Assembly (NCBI GenBank): GCA_005772955.1
Contig: SXID01000149.1
Span: forward strand, 22,594 to 86,593
Origin: Planctomycetia bacterium
GTDB lineage: Bacteria > Planctomycetota > Planctomycetia > Gemmatales > Gemmataceae
Length of the DNA: 64,000 bases
Direction: 5' to 3'
Part shown: piece after piece, positions 1 to 9,905 of the stretch
Layout: the number at the start of each line of letters is the position of its first letter
Numbering within the stretch: position 1 is the stretch's first letter
Translations under genes and position numbers: made by a program
The notes under the pieces: generated by a model
What the model saw: only the letters and a program-made list of their open reading frames with translations
Told to the model about the DNA's origin: nothing
Databases searched by the model: none

Positions 1-1082
1 CCGTCGGCCAGCAGCGACGACGCGTAGATCGTGTCCGGGCGCGGGACGCGTTCCTCGTACACCACTTCGCCGGTCGCGGCCTTCGCGCAGAACGCGACCC
101 CGGTCGCCTCGTTCGCCCAGTACAAGTGGCCGTCGTGGTACACCGGTGACGACACGTTCGCGCCCTTCTTGCCCGTCCAGAGGCGGTGCGTCTTGGTCAC
201 GTCGCCCTTCCCGCCCGCGCGAACGGCCATCGCCGCGACCCCGCTGCGCCCGCCGAGAACGTACACGATGCCGTCGTGCGCCACCAGACTCGGCACCATG
301 TACCACGTGATGTCGGTGGCGCACGTCCAGAGTGACGCGCCGGTCGCAGGGTCGAAGGCGAGCACCTTGCCCTGAATCGCGACCACCAGTTCGTCCTTGC
401 CGTCCTTGTTCTTCACGATCAGTGGCGTGTTCCACGACTCCCTGATGCCGGTCGCCTTCCACTTCTCCTTCCCGGTCTTCTTGTCGAGCGCGAACAGCGT
501 CTGACTCTCGACGCTCGCGTTCACGAACACGAGGTCGCCGTGCAGCACCGGTGACGCGGCGGAACCCCAACCGTTCAGTTGCGTGCCGACGTTCGCCTGC
601 CAGAGTTGCTTGCCGGTGTGGTCGAACGCGAACGCGCCGGACTTGCCGAAGAAGCAGTACACGCGCTCCGCGTCCACCGCGGGCGTGCTGGACGCGTAGC
701 CGTGGTTGTCGCGGATAGTCTCTTGCTCCGGCAGTTTCGCTTCGATCTCCTTGTTCGCGAGAATCTTGCCGGTCTTGCGGTCGAGTATGAGGAGGTTTCT
801 GCGCAAGTTGGCTTGCTCGCCCTTCGCCTGACCGGGCACGTTGTAACCGGTGTAGCACGTGATGAAGATGCGGTCACCGATGAACACCGGGCACGACGAA
901 CCGGGGCCGGGCATCTCGGTCTTCCACGCGAGATTCTCCTTCGCGCTCCACTTCGACGGCAGCCCCTTCTCGGCGCTCACGCCGCTTCCGGTCGATCCGC
1001 GGAACTGTGTCCAGTCGGCGCCTTGGGTGAGTGTCAGGGTAAGTGCGAGTGTGAGAGAAGACAGAAGCAACAAACGCGGCAT
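1..1082 (-). CDS. PQQ-like beta-propeller secreted protein (BamB-like, planctomycete family); 3' end runs off the window
   Basis: ATG at 1082. Translation MPRLLLLSSLTLALTLTLTQGADWTQFRGSTGSGVS...W..WKT..PGPGSSCPV is a signal peptide plus the typical 'DW.QFRG' propeller start. Not in the ORF track because it is truncated. Confidence 0.85.
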   Translation of the reverse strand, partial: MPRLLLLSSLTLALTLTLTQGADWTQFRGSTGSGVSAEKGLPSKWSAKENLAWKTEMPGPGSSCPVFIGDRIFITCYTGYNVPGQAKGEQANLRRNLLILDRKTGKILANKEIEAKLPEQETIRDNHGYASSTPAVDAERVYCFFGKSGAFAFDHTGKQLWQANVGTQLNGWGSAASPVLHGDLVFVNASVESQTLFALDKKTGKEKWKATGIRESWNTPLIVKNKDGKDELVVAIQGKVLAFDPATGASLWTCATDITWYMVPSLVAHDGIVYVLGGRSGVAAMAVRAGGKGDVTKTHRLWTGKKGANVSSPVYHDGHLYWANEATGVAFCAKAATGEVVYEERVPRPDTIYASSLLAD

Positions 1083-1148
1083 GGGTGGCCTCGAAGGAGA
1101 GTGAACGGCTGCGACGAGTGTAATGGAAGCGGAGTGTCGCGGATACCT

Positions 1149-1871
1149 TCACCCTTTCGGGAACACCGCGATCTCGCTGCCGGCCGCGAGCACCACGCTC
1201 GCTGGTTGTGTGCCGTTCATCACGCCCCACTCGGCGCCGTATAGCGTCGCCCAATCAACGTCTGCTGTGAACTCGCGCACGGGGTACACGTCCCACTCGG
1301 GATGGTTCACCTCGTAGCGGATCAGCTTCCCGAGGCGACTCGTGCCGAAGCCCCATGAGTGTTCCTTGAACCAGTGTTCCGTGCTGTCGGACGCGGGCCG
1401 AAACGCGGGCTTCTCGCCGACCGCGCGGAGCGAGTGAACGCGGCCGGCCCACTTCAGGGTGTAGGTCGCGGTGAGTAAGTCGGGTTCCTCTTCAATGTGC
1501 ATAGTCATTCGCGCGGCCCGGTACGGCTCGTTGTAGATCACACGCGCCAACGTCGCAACGGTCCACTGCGGCACGAACTCGCGCACGAAGCACACCCCCC
1601 GCGCGCCGTTGTGGGAGACGTAGAACCGCAGATTCCATTCGGGGAAGTTGCGGAACCCCGGCCAGCCGATTCCGAGAACGCGAGTCCCGAGGAACTGGAA
1701 GCCCACCAGACTCGCCCAGCACGCTCCGTCGCGGCGGTCGAGTTCGCAACCCGGCGGCACCAGCGGGCGCAGCAGTTCCTCCGGCACCGCGTAGTTCGCG
1801 AGGATCAGGTTGCACCAGCGCGCGGTGAGAAACTTGCGGCGCGACACGGGGGAATCTCCGGTGGTCTTCAT
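1149..1871 (-). CDS. DUF2071 (YqjF-like) protein
   Basis: FLTARWCNLILANYAV...SLVGFQF...NFPEWNLRFYV. The ORF-track start at 1883 lies inside a REP; ATG at 1871 preferred. Confidence 0.8.
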   Translation of the reverse strand: MKTTGDSPVSRRKFLTARWCNLILANYAVPEELLRPLVPPGCELDRRDGACWASLVGFQFLGTRVLGIGWPGFRNFPEWNLRFYVSHNGARGVCFVREFVPQWTVATLARVIYNEPYRAARMTMHIEEEPDLLTATYTLKWAGRVHSLRAVGEKPAFRPASDSTEHWFKEHSWGFGTSRLGKLIRYEVNHPEWDVYPVREFTADVDWATLYGAEWGVMNGTQPASVVLAAGSEIAVFPKG

Positions 1872-1872
1872 G

Positions 1873-2009
1873 GTAGTCATCACGCTCCGCGTGATGTCCG
1901 CGCTGCGGGAAGTGATAACGGTTGCTCGAATCGCACCTGAACCGCGAAGGCGACATCACGCGGAGCGTGATGACTACGGTAAAGACATCACGCGGAGCGT
2001 GATGACTAC
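1873..2009. repeat. Three GTAG-type REP hairpins (one inverted pair plus a tandem copy)
   Basis: GTAGTCATCACGCTCCGCGTGATGTC at 1873-1898; its exact reverse complement at 1952-1977 and 1984-2009. Confidence 0.9.
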
Positions 2010-2015
2010 GATGCG

Positions 2016-4418
2016 CTAACGCGCAGACAGTTCCTTCGCGGTGTCGCTGAGTTTCTTCAGGTCGAGTTTGCCGCTACCGAGAACGGGCATCGCGTCCACC
2101 GGGTAACAATCACGGCGGTCCGGTACCCACAGATTCGGGATGCCTCGCTTCGAGAGAGCGCCCAGCAACTCCGGGAGTTTCGCCGCGATTTCGGGGAGGT
2201 ACAGCACCACAAGCCGCTCACCGCGTTTCTCGTCCGGCACCGCTGCCACAGCGAGGACGCGGTCGCCTCCGGTCGCAAGCAATTCGTGCATCTCATCATC
2301 GAGTTTTTCAAGCGGCACCATCTCCCCCGCGATCTTCGCGAACCGCGACAGCCGCCCAGTGATTCGCGCGAATCCGTTCGCCTCGATCAACCCCATGTCA
2401 CCGGTGTTGTACCAGCCGTCGCGAATCACGGTCGCGGTCTTCTGCGGTTGGTTCAGGTAGCCGCTCATCACGTTCGGCCCCTTCGCGCACAACACGCCCT
2501 CCACGCCGACCGGCAGCGGTTCCATCGTGTCGGCGTCGAACGCCTTCACGCACACGCCGAAGATCGGCTGACCGATGGTGCCGCGTGTGTTCCGCTGTTG
2601 CGGCATCCCGCCGACGTTCACGTCCGGCATGTTACACGACACAACCGGCGACAGTTCGGTGCAGCCATACCCTTCGAGCGGCAACACGCCGAACTTCTCG
2701 CGGAACTCATCCTGGAGTTTCACCGGCAGCTTTTCCGCGCCGCAGATGATGAGCCGCAGTGTGCGGAAGTCGTCAGGCCCACACCGGCGCATGTAGAAGC
2801 GGAGAAACGTCGCGGTCGCGGCCATCACCGTAGCGCGGTTCGTGCGTGCGATCTCGCCCACCTCCTTCGACTGTCGCGGATCGGGGAAATACACCGCGGT
2901 ACACGGCGAGTTCATCGGCACCCACAGACACACCGTGTACCCGAAACTATGGAAGAACGGGAGGATGCCAAACAGCACCTCGCCCGGCACCACCTCGAGC
3001 GTGCGCACCGACGCGTCCGTGTTCGCGGCGATGTTCCGGTGCGTGAGCACCACGCCTTTTGGCTCGCCCGTGCTGCCGCTGCTGAACACGATGGTAAGCA
3101 CATCGTCGAGCCGGTGCCGGTGTAACCCTAGACAGAACCGGTCAATGGCCCAACCGGGCAACATAAGAACGAGAAGGAAGGTGCGGATACGCTCCCACTT
3201 TGTGACGCCTTCGAGCGCGTCCTCGAGGTATACAACGGTGACGCCCTCAGGCAGCTCGATCGGAAAGCGGTTGGCGAACCGCTTGGCGGTGATGACGAAC
3301 CGCATGCCAGCCTGCTGGATCGCAGAGCGCACCGCCGCGGGACCGGCGGTGTAGTTCAGATTCACGGACGCCTTGCCCAGAAACGCGGCAGCGATGTTCG
3401 CGAGCGCGCCGCCCAACCCCGTTGGGAGCCAGATACCGACGTTCGGCGCGTCGCCTACGCGCGAGCGCAGGTATCGCGTGATGCACAGCGCGCCGACAAG
3501 GAGCTTCGCCCACGAGAGCGTGCGCGGCGGGCTGTTGGGGTGATTGTCCACGATTGCCGGTTTGAACAGACGACGGAACTTCGACGCGACCCGCACGAAC
3601 CGCCGATGCACTGGCAGCAGGTGTGCGCTTTCGAGGATGGAGAGATCCGCGGTCGCTTCCTGCACCGCGAGGCGCAGGTTGGCGGCGCGGGGCGAAGAAC
3701 CTCTCCCCCCAACCCCCTCCCCTAAGAAGGGAGGGGGAGTAAGTCCTGCTCCCCTTCCCTTCTTAGGGGAGGGGGTTGGGGGGAGAGGTCTCTTCGCTTC
3801 CCCAAACAGCACGCTGACGCGCGGCCGGAACGCCTTCGGCCACTTCCGTAAGATCGGCCCGTTTCCATGACTGAAGAAACCGGTCCACAGCCCCGCGGTG
3901 CAAGCGGGAATCACCGGCATCGCGGTCGTTGTCATCTTCAGGATGCGCTCGACTCCGCGTCCGAACGGCAGCATGTTCCCGGCTCGCGTGAGAGCGCCTT
4001 CGGGGAACATCACCACCACACGCCCCGCGTCCAGCGCCGCCGCGATCTGCTTCAAACTGTCGTTGACCGCGTGCGCGTGCGTGATGCGGTCGGTGATACG
4101 AACCGTGTTGTGCCTCGCCCAGGACAGGAAGAACCGCAACACCGGGTTCCGGTAGTACATCCCCCACAGCACGAACGTGACCGATCGCGGGCACGCGACC
4201 CAGAACACCAGCCAGTCGATGTAACTCACGTGGTTCGCAACGATCAGCACGCCGCCGGTCGCGGGGACGCGGTCGCGGTGATACACCGTGAACCGGTACA
4301 GCACACGTGCGACAACCCACAACACCGGCCGTAGCAGTGCCGGGAACAGCCACGTCAGCCCGAGGAGAACGAAGAATATCCCAAGGAACACGAGGACAAC
4401 GTCAACCAGTTCAAACAT
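2016..4418 (-). CDS. aas: Aas-like bifunctional lysophospholipid acyltransferase / acyl-ACP synthetase (AMP-binding)
   Basis: NHVSYID and FPEG acyltransferase motifs; FSSGSTGEPKG, YGCTE and TGD AMP-binding motifs. Carries an in-frame repeat insertion. Confidence 0.85.
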   Translation of the reverse strand: MFELVDVVLVFLGIFFVLLGLTWLFPALLRPVLWVVARVLYRFTVYHRDRVPATGGVLIVANHVSYIDWLVFWVACPRSVTFVLWGMYYRNPVLRFFLSWARHNTVRITDRITHAHAVNDSLKQIAAALDAGRVVVMFPEGALTRAGNMLPFGRGVERILKMTTTAMPVIPACTAGLWTGFFSHGNGPILRKWPKAFRPRVSVLFGEAKRPLPPTPSPKKGRGAGLTPPPFLGEGVGGRGSSPRAANLRLAVQEATADLSILESAHLLPVHRRFVRVASKFRRLFKPAIVDNHPNSPPRTLSWAKLLVGALCITRYLRSRVGDAPNVGIWLPTGLGGALANIAAAFLGKASVNLNYTAGPAAVRSAIQQAGMRFVITAKRFANRFPIELPEGVTVVYLEDALEGVTKWERIRTFLLVLMLPGWAIDRFCLGLHRHRLDDVLTIVFSSGSTGEPKGVVLTHRNIAANTDASVRTLEVVPGEVLFGILPFFHSFGYTVCLWVPMNSPCTAVYFPDPRQSKEVGEIARTNRATVMAATATFLRFYMRRCGPDDFRTLRLIICGAEKLPVKLQDEFREKFGVLPLEGYGCTELSPVVSCNMPDVNVGGMPQQRNTRGTIGQPIFGVCVKAFDADTMEPLPVGVEGVLCAKGPNVMSGYLNQPQKTATVIRDGWYNTGDMGLIEANGFARITGRLSRFAKIAGEMVPLEKLDDEMHELLATGGDRVLAVAAVPDEKRGERLVVLYLPEIAAKLPELLGALSKRGIPNLWVPDRRDCYPVDAMPVLGSGKLDLKKLSDTAKELSAR
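3699..3789. repeat. Palindromic element inserted in frame in aas
   Basis: 41-bp arms (40/41 complementary) with a 9-nt loop; encodes RPLPPTPSPKKGRGAGLTPPPFLGEGVGGRG. Confidence 0.95.
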
Positions 4419-4675
4419 GGGCGTTCCAGTTTAACCGTGACCCGAATGGGAAGCGTGTGGCGAGAGTGCTTCGCCCAGATTACGCCACTTGCTCGCCCGT
4501 GCCAACTCTACGCACGAACCAGGCACGAAGAGCGCGATGTCCGCTTGCGAGCACTGCGAACCGGCGATATACGACCCTCACTTCACACGAAGCACAGAGA
4601 CGGGAACGGACGGGGCCAGCGGGTTGGGGGACTCGTCGGCCGGTAATTGTCGTGGACGGCCTGGGGGAACGGTTC

Positions 4676-5032
4676 ATGCCGACGCAGTGTGATACGCTCA
4701 TTCGCCTCGTGTTGCGCGACGAGGCGATGACCCGCGGATTAGGTGACATCGAGGCGCGGATGTTGGTCGAATGGCTCGCGGACTGGACCGAACTGCTCTC
4801 GGACGCGGCCCGCTCCGAGGACGACGCGTGGTCGTGCGTCGAGAGATTGTGCCGACGCGGGCGAGCCATCGGCCGATTCGTGCAACTGTGGGGCGACCCA
4901 TTCGACCGCGGTGCCGCAATCCAACTGGCCGCGTCCGAGCGGTTCGACTGGCCACTCCCGGCCAACGACATGGACCCCGGCGACCTCATGCACCACATCC
5001 TGACGTGGGAGAATCAGCACCCCGGTGCATAA
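4676..5032 (+). CDS. Hypothetical protein, 118 aa, upstream of the adaptor operon
   Basis: ATG 4676 within ORF 4307-5032; coding-like composition (MPTQCDTLIRLVLRDEAMTRGLGDIEAR...). Confidence 0.65.
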   Translation: MPTQCDTLIRLVLRDEAMTRGLGDIEARMLVEWLADWTELLSDAARSEDDAWSCVERLCRRGRAIGRFVQLWGDPFDRGAAIQLAASERFDWPLPANDMDPGDLMHHILTWENQHPGA

Positions 5033-5055
5033 GCGCGTGCGTAAGATGAGTGGTT

Positions 5056-5175
5056 GGGGCGTTTCAAAGTAGTAGGCACACTCCGTGTGCCGTTGTTACG
5101 TGAGTCAGAACCGCCAAACGTTCTTGAGTTGCGAAGCGACGGCACACGGAGTGTGCTGCTACTTTGAAACGCCCC
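5056..5175. repeat. 120-bp inverted-repeat element (REPIN/MITE-like) built from GTAG-type REPs
   Basis: Ends GGGGCGTTTCAAAGTAG / CTACTTTGAAACGCCCC; inner GTAGGCACAC-TCC-GTGTGCC hairpin and its near reverse complement. Confidence 0.85.
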
Positions 5176-5282
5176 GATCGAGGGGCGAACTTGCCCCCTT
5201 CGCCGTTTCTGAGGTATGATCCTCAGGACGCGGCTAATCGCGCCCTCCGGTTTGCTCGGTGTAACGCAGTACGAGGTTCCCC

Positions 5283-7532
5283 GTGAGTACAACCCCAACC
5301 ACCGCGCCCACCCCACAATCTTCCGGTGGTGGCGACGCCGCCCGGACCAAGTACGCACGCCAGATCGAAGACGCCTTCGAGTCAGCCGGGAAACTGGCCG
5401 GCTCTGCGCTGGCACCCACCGACTTCTACCAGCAGTTCCTGAACCGCACGCTTTCGGCCATCGACGCGCCCGCAGGCGCCGTGTGGCTCCGCACGCCGCA
5501 AGGCTTCCTGCAACTCGCGTGTCAGGAGAACATCGACAAGGTTGGACTGGACGCGCGCCGCGGCGCGCGTCAGTGCCACAACGAGGTGCTGCGACAGGTG
5601 TTCCAGGCCGCGCCGCCGCGCCCGGTGCTGTTGGAGCCGAACGGGCGCATGGCCCCCGGTCCCGGCGAACCTGGGCCTGTTCCGCCCGCCAACCTCACCG
5701 ACCACTTCACGCTCTTCGCCCCGATTGTTACGCCCGACAAGCAGGCGCTCGGCATCCTCGAAATCTTCCAGGATGCCACACACGACCCGCGCCTGTACCC
5801 CACCTTCTTGAACTACACGTTCCAGATGGCCGGGTACGCGAGCCAGTACCACAGTTTCAGCAACGCCCGCATCGCGGCCGGCGTCGAGAAGACGTACGCG
5901 CAAGTCGAATCATTCGCTCGACAGATCCACAGCAGTTTGAACCCCACCGAGGTGGCGTACCACGTCGCCAATGAGGGACGTAAACTGATCGAGTGCGACC
6001 GATTGTGCGTCGGGATTCGCCACGACCGCTACCGCGTCACCGTCGAATCGGTCAGCGGGGCCGATGTGGTCGAGAAGGCCAGCACACACGTCCGCTCGCT
6101 GCGCCGGCTCATGGAAGCCGTGTTGCAGTGGGGCGAACCGCTCACGTTCAAGGGCGAGAAGGATCCCGGGTTGCCCGCGGCTGTCGCTCACGCGCTCGAC
6201 GACTACCTGCACGAGAGCCAGCCGAAGTTGCTCATCGTGCAGCCGACGCGCGACGAGCGCGAGAAAGACATGACCAAGCCGGCCCGCGCCATACTGGTCA
6301 TGGAGTGCTTCAACCCACCAGAACAAACCGAACCGCTGCTCCAACGGCTCGACGTGGTGACCAAGCACGCGGCACCGGCGCTGTACAACGCGGCCGAACT
6401 CAAGCGTGTCCCGCTCAAGTTCCTGTGGTGGCCGATCGCCAGGGTTCAGGAGGGTCTCGGCGGCAAGCGGCGGTTCATCGCCGCGTCGATCGCGCTACTG
6501 GTCGCGGTGCTTGTGGGCGTGATGGCTGCGCCGCCGTCGATCCCCCCGTTCGGCGCCCAGTTGAGAATGGAGGCGAAGGGCCAGATGCTGCCCGTCGAAA
6601 TCGCCAAGATCTTCCCGCCACGCGAAGGTGTGGTGAAGGAGGTCCGCGCCAAGCCGGGCCAGCAGGTCGATCCCAACTTTGAACTCGTCGCCTTGTACAG
6701 TGAGTCGCTAGCCGACGAGTACAACCGGGCGCGGAGCGAGTGGAACGAACAGAGCAGTTTCGTGTCTGAATACACGAAACAGCTCCAAACCAACCTGAGC
6801 AAGGAAGACCGGAACCGCGTCTCGGCCGACAAGACCGTTGCTGAGGGCCGAAGCAAGAAGGCACAGGGCGACATGGAGGCGCTCGACCAACAGTACAACA
6901 AGGTGAACAACAAGCCGAACAGCAAGGGCCAGGCAAACAATTCCGGCCCCGGCCACTTCCGCGCCATTGCGCCGGACTTCGACACCAGACTTGCACGCGA
7001 ACTCGGCCGCTCGCGATGGACCGTGCTCAACGACGACCGACGCGAGAGCCTGCTCGGGCGAACCATGCGACCCAACGAGGAGATGCTTCGCATCGGCAAC
7101 CTCGAAGGCGCGTGGCACATCGAACTGAAGATCCCGCAGCGCAATGTCGGGCAGGTGCTCAGAGCCTTCGCGGACCCGAAGAAGCACCTGATCAACAAAG
7201 ACCCGGTGAAGGGCGACCGCAAGTTCCTCGACGTGGATGTGCTATTGTCGAGTCAGACGGACACGAGTTATACGGGCCGTCTGTACCGCGATGACATCGC
7301 CGCCGAAGCGGTGCCCAACAAGAACGAGCACGACGAGAACGAACCGGTCGTGACCGCCTACGTGAAGTTGAACGTGAAGGGGATCGACGAAAGCCGGTGG
7401 GTGCCGCGGAACCACTTCATCACCGGACTTGAGGTTCGCACCCGGATCCGCTGCGGCGAACACGCACTCGGCTACACGCTCTTCCACGGCGTCTGGGAGT
7501 GGTTCTACGAGAAGGTCGTGTTCTTCTTCTAA
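5283..7532 (+). CDS. GAF-domain protein fused to an HlyD/membrane-fusion-like adaptor module
   Basis: N-terminal GAF-like regions (AGAVWLRTPQG; ECDRLCVG), one TM helix, biotinyl-lipoyl-like 'GVVKEV..KPGQQV', coiled coil, beta-barrel 'WHIELKIPQRNVGQV'. Confidence 0.75.
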   Translation: MSTTPTTAPTPQSSGGGDAARTKYARQIEDAFESAGKLAGSALAPTDFYQQFLNRTLSAIDAPAGAVWLRTPQGFLQLACQENIDKVGLDARRGARQCHNEVLRQVFQAAPPRPVLLEPNGRMAPGPGEPGPVPPANLTDHFTLFAPIVTPDKQALGILEIFQDATHDPRLYPTFLNYTFQMAGYASQYHSFSNARIAAGVEKTYAQVESFARQIHSSLNPTEVAYHVANEGRKLIECDRLCVGIRHDRYRVTVESVSGADVVEKASTHVRSLRRLMEAVLQWGEPLTFKGEKDPGLPAAVAHALDDYLHESQPKLLIVQPTRDEREKDMTKPARAILVMECFNPPEQTEPLLQRLDVVTKHAAPALYNAAELKRVPLKFLWWPIARVQEGLGGKRRFIAASIALLVAVLVGVMAAPPSIPPFGAQLRMEAKGQMLPVEIAKIFPPREGVVKEVRAKPGQQVDPNFELVALYSESLADEYNRARSEWNEQSSFVSEYTKQLQTNLSKEDRNRVSADKTVAEGRSKKAQGDMEALDQQYNKVNNKPNSKGQANNSGPGHFRAIAPDFDTRLARELGRSRWTVLNDDRRESLLGRTMRPNEEMLRIGNLEGAWHIELKIPQRNVGQVLRAFADPKKHLINKDPVKGDRKFLDVDVLLSSQTDTSYTGRLYRDDIAAEAVPNKNEHDENEPVVTAYVKLNVKGIDESRWVPRNHFITGLEVRTRIRCGEHALGYTLFHGVWEWFYEKVVFFF

Positions 7533-7622
7533 GTTGCGAGGTGTGAGGTGCGAGGTGCGAGTTGAAAGCACAAAACCGGCGATTGCTTTCACCTCGCAGT
7601 TCGCAACTCTGAACTCGCAACT
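7532..7622. repeat. Heptamer-periodic inverted repeat
   Basis: AGTTGCG AGGTGTG AGGTGCG AGGTGCG ... CGCAGTT CGCAACT CTGAACT CGCAACT directly after the stop codon. Confidence 0.8.
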
Positions 7623-7719
7623 TCCCCAAAGTCCCGCCTCCCAGCGGCCGGCGAGCGCCGGACCCCGGTGGCACCCACGCTACAACCCCTCGTCCCCTTT
7701 TTGACTAGAGGACAACGTC

Positions 7720-9786
7720 ATGCGCTCGCGTGTACTCGCGTTCTGGTGCCTTCCGACCGTACTCGCCGCCCTGCTCATCGGCTGCGGACCCAAACCCAAC
7801 CCGACAGGCGACAAGCCCGGCACCCCCGAACTCGCCGTCCCGGTCAAGACTGGTAGCCCGCTGTACGCGGCGGCTGCGCCGCTGACGTACGAGGCGCAGG
7901 CCGCGAGCGGCGAACCGTTGGTGATCCCGAACTGCGTCGTACAGTATGAGGAACGGCAAATCGTTTCGGCCGAGGTGGACGGCACCATCGAATTATTCGC
8001 CACCGGGTTCAAGCCCGGCGAGTACGAGAAACTGACTGACGCGCAGAAACGCGAGTGGGTCATCTACCACCCGCGTGACCCAAACCCGAAGAATCCGACC
8101 CCCCTGAAGCGAATCCGCGAGAGTATGCCCGTCGATGCGCGGCAGGTGGTCGCGTTCATGGACGACCAACTCGTCCAGGCGCGCCTCGACGGAGCGCAGA
8201 AGATCAAGGACTCGGCGATCAAGGCCAAGGAGAACGCCACTACGGGGGCGAATGCTGCCAAGAAGAAATACGAGATCACCTTGAAGGTGTACGGCGACCA
8301 ACTCACCAAGGAGGTACTCGACGACCTCATCACGCTCAGCCGGTTCCTTGAGAACCTCGACCAGGCGACCCAGCAGATCGCGAAGTCCGAGGCGGACTAC
8401 AAGGAAGCACAAGTGTTGATCGGCCGGCACCAGGTCAAGAGCGGCGTGGACGGCACCATTCGCACCATCTCCAAACGCCCCGGCGAGTATGTGAAGGCCG
8501 GCGAGAAGATCATGGAAATCGAGGGCACCGACAAGGTGCGGATCGAGGGCCAGATCGACGTTCAGTACTTCGCGCAAGTGCGCGAACACATGCAGAACAA
8601 CAAGGACGTGATTATCGAGCCGGCGCTGCCGAGTGCGCCGGAAGCATCGCACACGGGACACCGTCAAGCGGTCACCGGCGTCGCGGTCACCGCGCACCCG
8701 GACGGCCCGCTTGTCGTTTCCGCTGGTGCCGACGGCGGCGCGCTGGTGTGGGATCCGAACCTGGGTAAGAAACCGAACCGCCCGGCGGTTCCGCACAATC
8801 TGCCGCACCCGGTCGGCGTGAAGTGCGTTGCCGCGACGCCCGCGACCTCGAAAGCCTCACTCATCATCACAGGGGCCGACGACGGCAAAGTCCGCATTTG
8901 GGACGTGTCGAACCGCGACAAACTCCCAACGACACCGAGAGCGGAACCGGACGACGCGCACGCGTCCGCGGTTCAGGCAGTCGCGATTAGCCCGGATGGA
9001 CGGCACTTCGCCACCGCCGCTGGGCGCGACGTGTTCGTGTGGGAAGTCGCGACCGCGAAGAAACTCTATTCGCTTGCGCTGGAACACCGCGACTCGGTCA
9101 CGTCCGTGAGTTTCACCCCCCAAAACACGCTCATCACCGCGTCGAAGGACGGCACCGTCAAGGTGTGGAAACTCGGCACCGAACAGGCTGCCGTGGTTCG
9201 CACGCTCGACCACCGGGCCGGGGCCATCGACGTGCTCGGCGTCAGCCGCGACGGCGCGCGTATGCTCTTCGACCAGGACAAGGCCCGCGTGGACTTGGTT
9301 GATCCGGCGACCGGGCAGACTGTGGGGCAGATCCAGAACGGCGGCTCGGCCGGTTCGTTCTCCACATTTGCCGTGTTTGGCCCCGACGAGGTGGCGCCTG
9401 GTACTGATGCGGCGAAGGTGCCTTACACCATCGCAACGGCTGGCGGCGACGGCGACCTCAAAGGCGCTCTCCAAGTGTGGCAATCGCCCCGCACCGGCGG
9501 GCGCGGAGCGGAAGTGGGACGGCTCATCACCCCCAACCGCACGCCGGTAACGGCTATTGCGTTCAGCCCGGTTCGTGGCGAGCAGTTCCTCGTGGTCGGC
9601 ACCAGCGCCGGCTCCGTTCACCTGTGGAAGCCCCCGACCCAGGCGCCCAAGGCGTACAAGGGACGGATCGTGAACATCGACGCGGCCGACACCAAGTACG
9701 TCACGGTTCGCGTCGAGATGGACAACCGGGAACTCCGGCTCCTTGACCACAGCATCGCCAACGTCATCATCGCTTCGGAGAAGTAG
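7720..9786 (+). CDS. Lipoprotein HlyD-family periplasmic adaptor with an internal WD40 propeller
   Basis: Lipobox LLIGC; 'VSAEVDGTI' and 'VKSGVDGTI...PGEYVKAGE' lipoyl halves around a coiled coil; about seven WD40 repeats ending WD/WE/WK. Confidence 0.8.
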   Translation: MRSRVLAFWCLPTVLAALLIGCGPKPNPTGDKPGTPELAVPVKTGSPLYAAAAPLTYEAQAASGEPLVIPNCVVQYEERQIVSAEVDGTIELFATGFKPGEYEKLTDAQKREWVIYHPRDPNPKNPTPLKRIRESMPVDARQVVAFMDDQLVQARLDGAQKIKDSAIKAKENATTGANAAKKKYEITLKVYGDQLTKEVLDDLITLSRFLENLDQATQQIAKSEADYKEAQVLIGRHQVKSGVDGTIRTISKRPGEYVKAGEKIMEIEGTDKVRIEGQIDVQYFAQVREHMQNNKDVIIEPALPSAPEASHTGHRQAVTGVAVTAHPDGPLVVSAGADGGALVWDPNLGKKPNRPAVPHNLPHPVGVKCVAATPATSKASLIITGADDGKVRIWDVSNRDKLPTTPRAEPDDAHASAVQAVAISPDGRHFATAAGRDVFVWEVATAKKLYSLALEHRDSVTSVSFTPQNTLITASKDGTVKVWKLGTEQAAVVRTLDHRAGAIDVLGVSRDGARMLFDQDKARVDLVDPATGQTVGQIQNGGSAGSFSTFAVFGPDEVAPGTDAAKVPYTIATAGGDGDLKGALQVWQSPRTGGRGAEVGRLITPNRTPVTAIAFSPVRGEQFLVVGTSAGSVHLWKPPTQAPKAYKGRIVNIDAADTKYVTVRVEMDNRELRLLDHSIANVIIASEK

Positions 9787-9897
9787 CGAGCAATGTGTGG
9801 CGAGTGACGAGCAAAACCTGATCGCGGGCTTTGCTCGTCACTCGTCCTCCTCGCTCGATTTCTCCGACTCGCAACTTGTCACTCGCTACTCGTGACT
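9783..9897. repeat. Heptamer-periodic inverted repeat
   Basis: AGTAGCG...AGTGACG AGCAAAA / TTTGCT CGTCACT ... CGCAACT TGTCACT CGCTACT. Confidence 0.7.
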
Positions 9898-9905
9898 GTT
9901 TTCAC

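Noticed and set aside
1873-2009. CRISPR array from three 26-bp repeats
   Set aside because: One copy is inverted, gaps are 53 and 6 nt, and no cas genes are present; REP-like instead.
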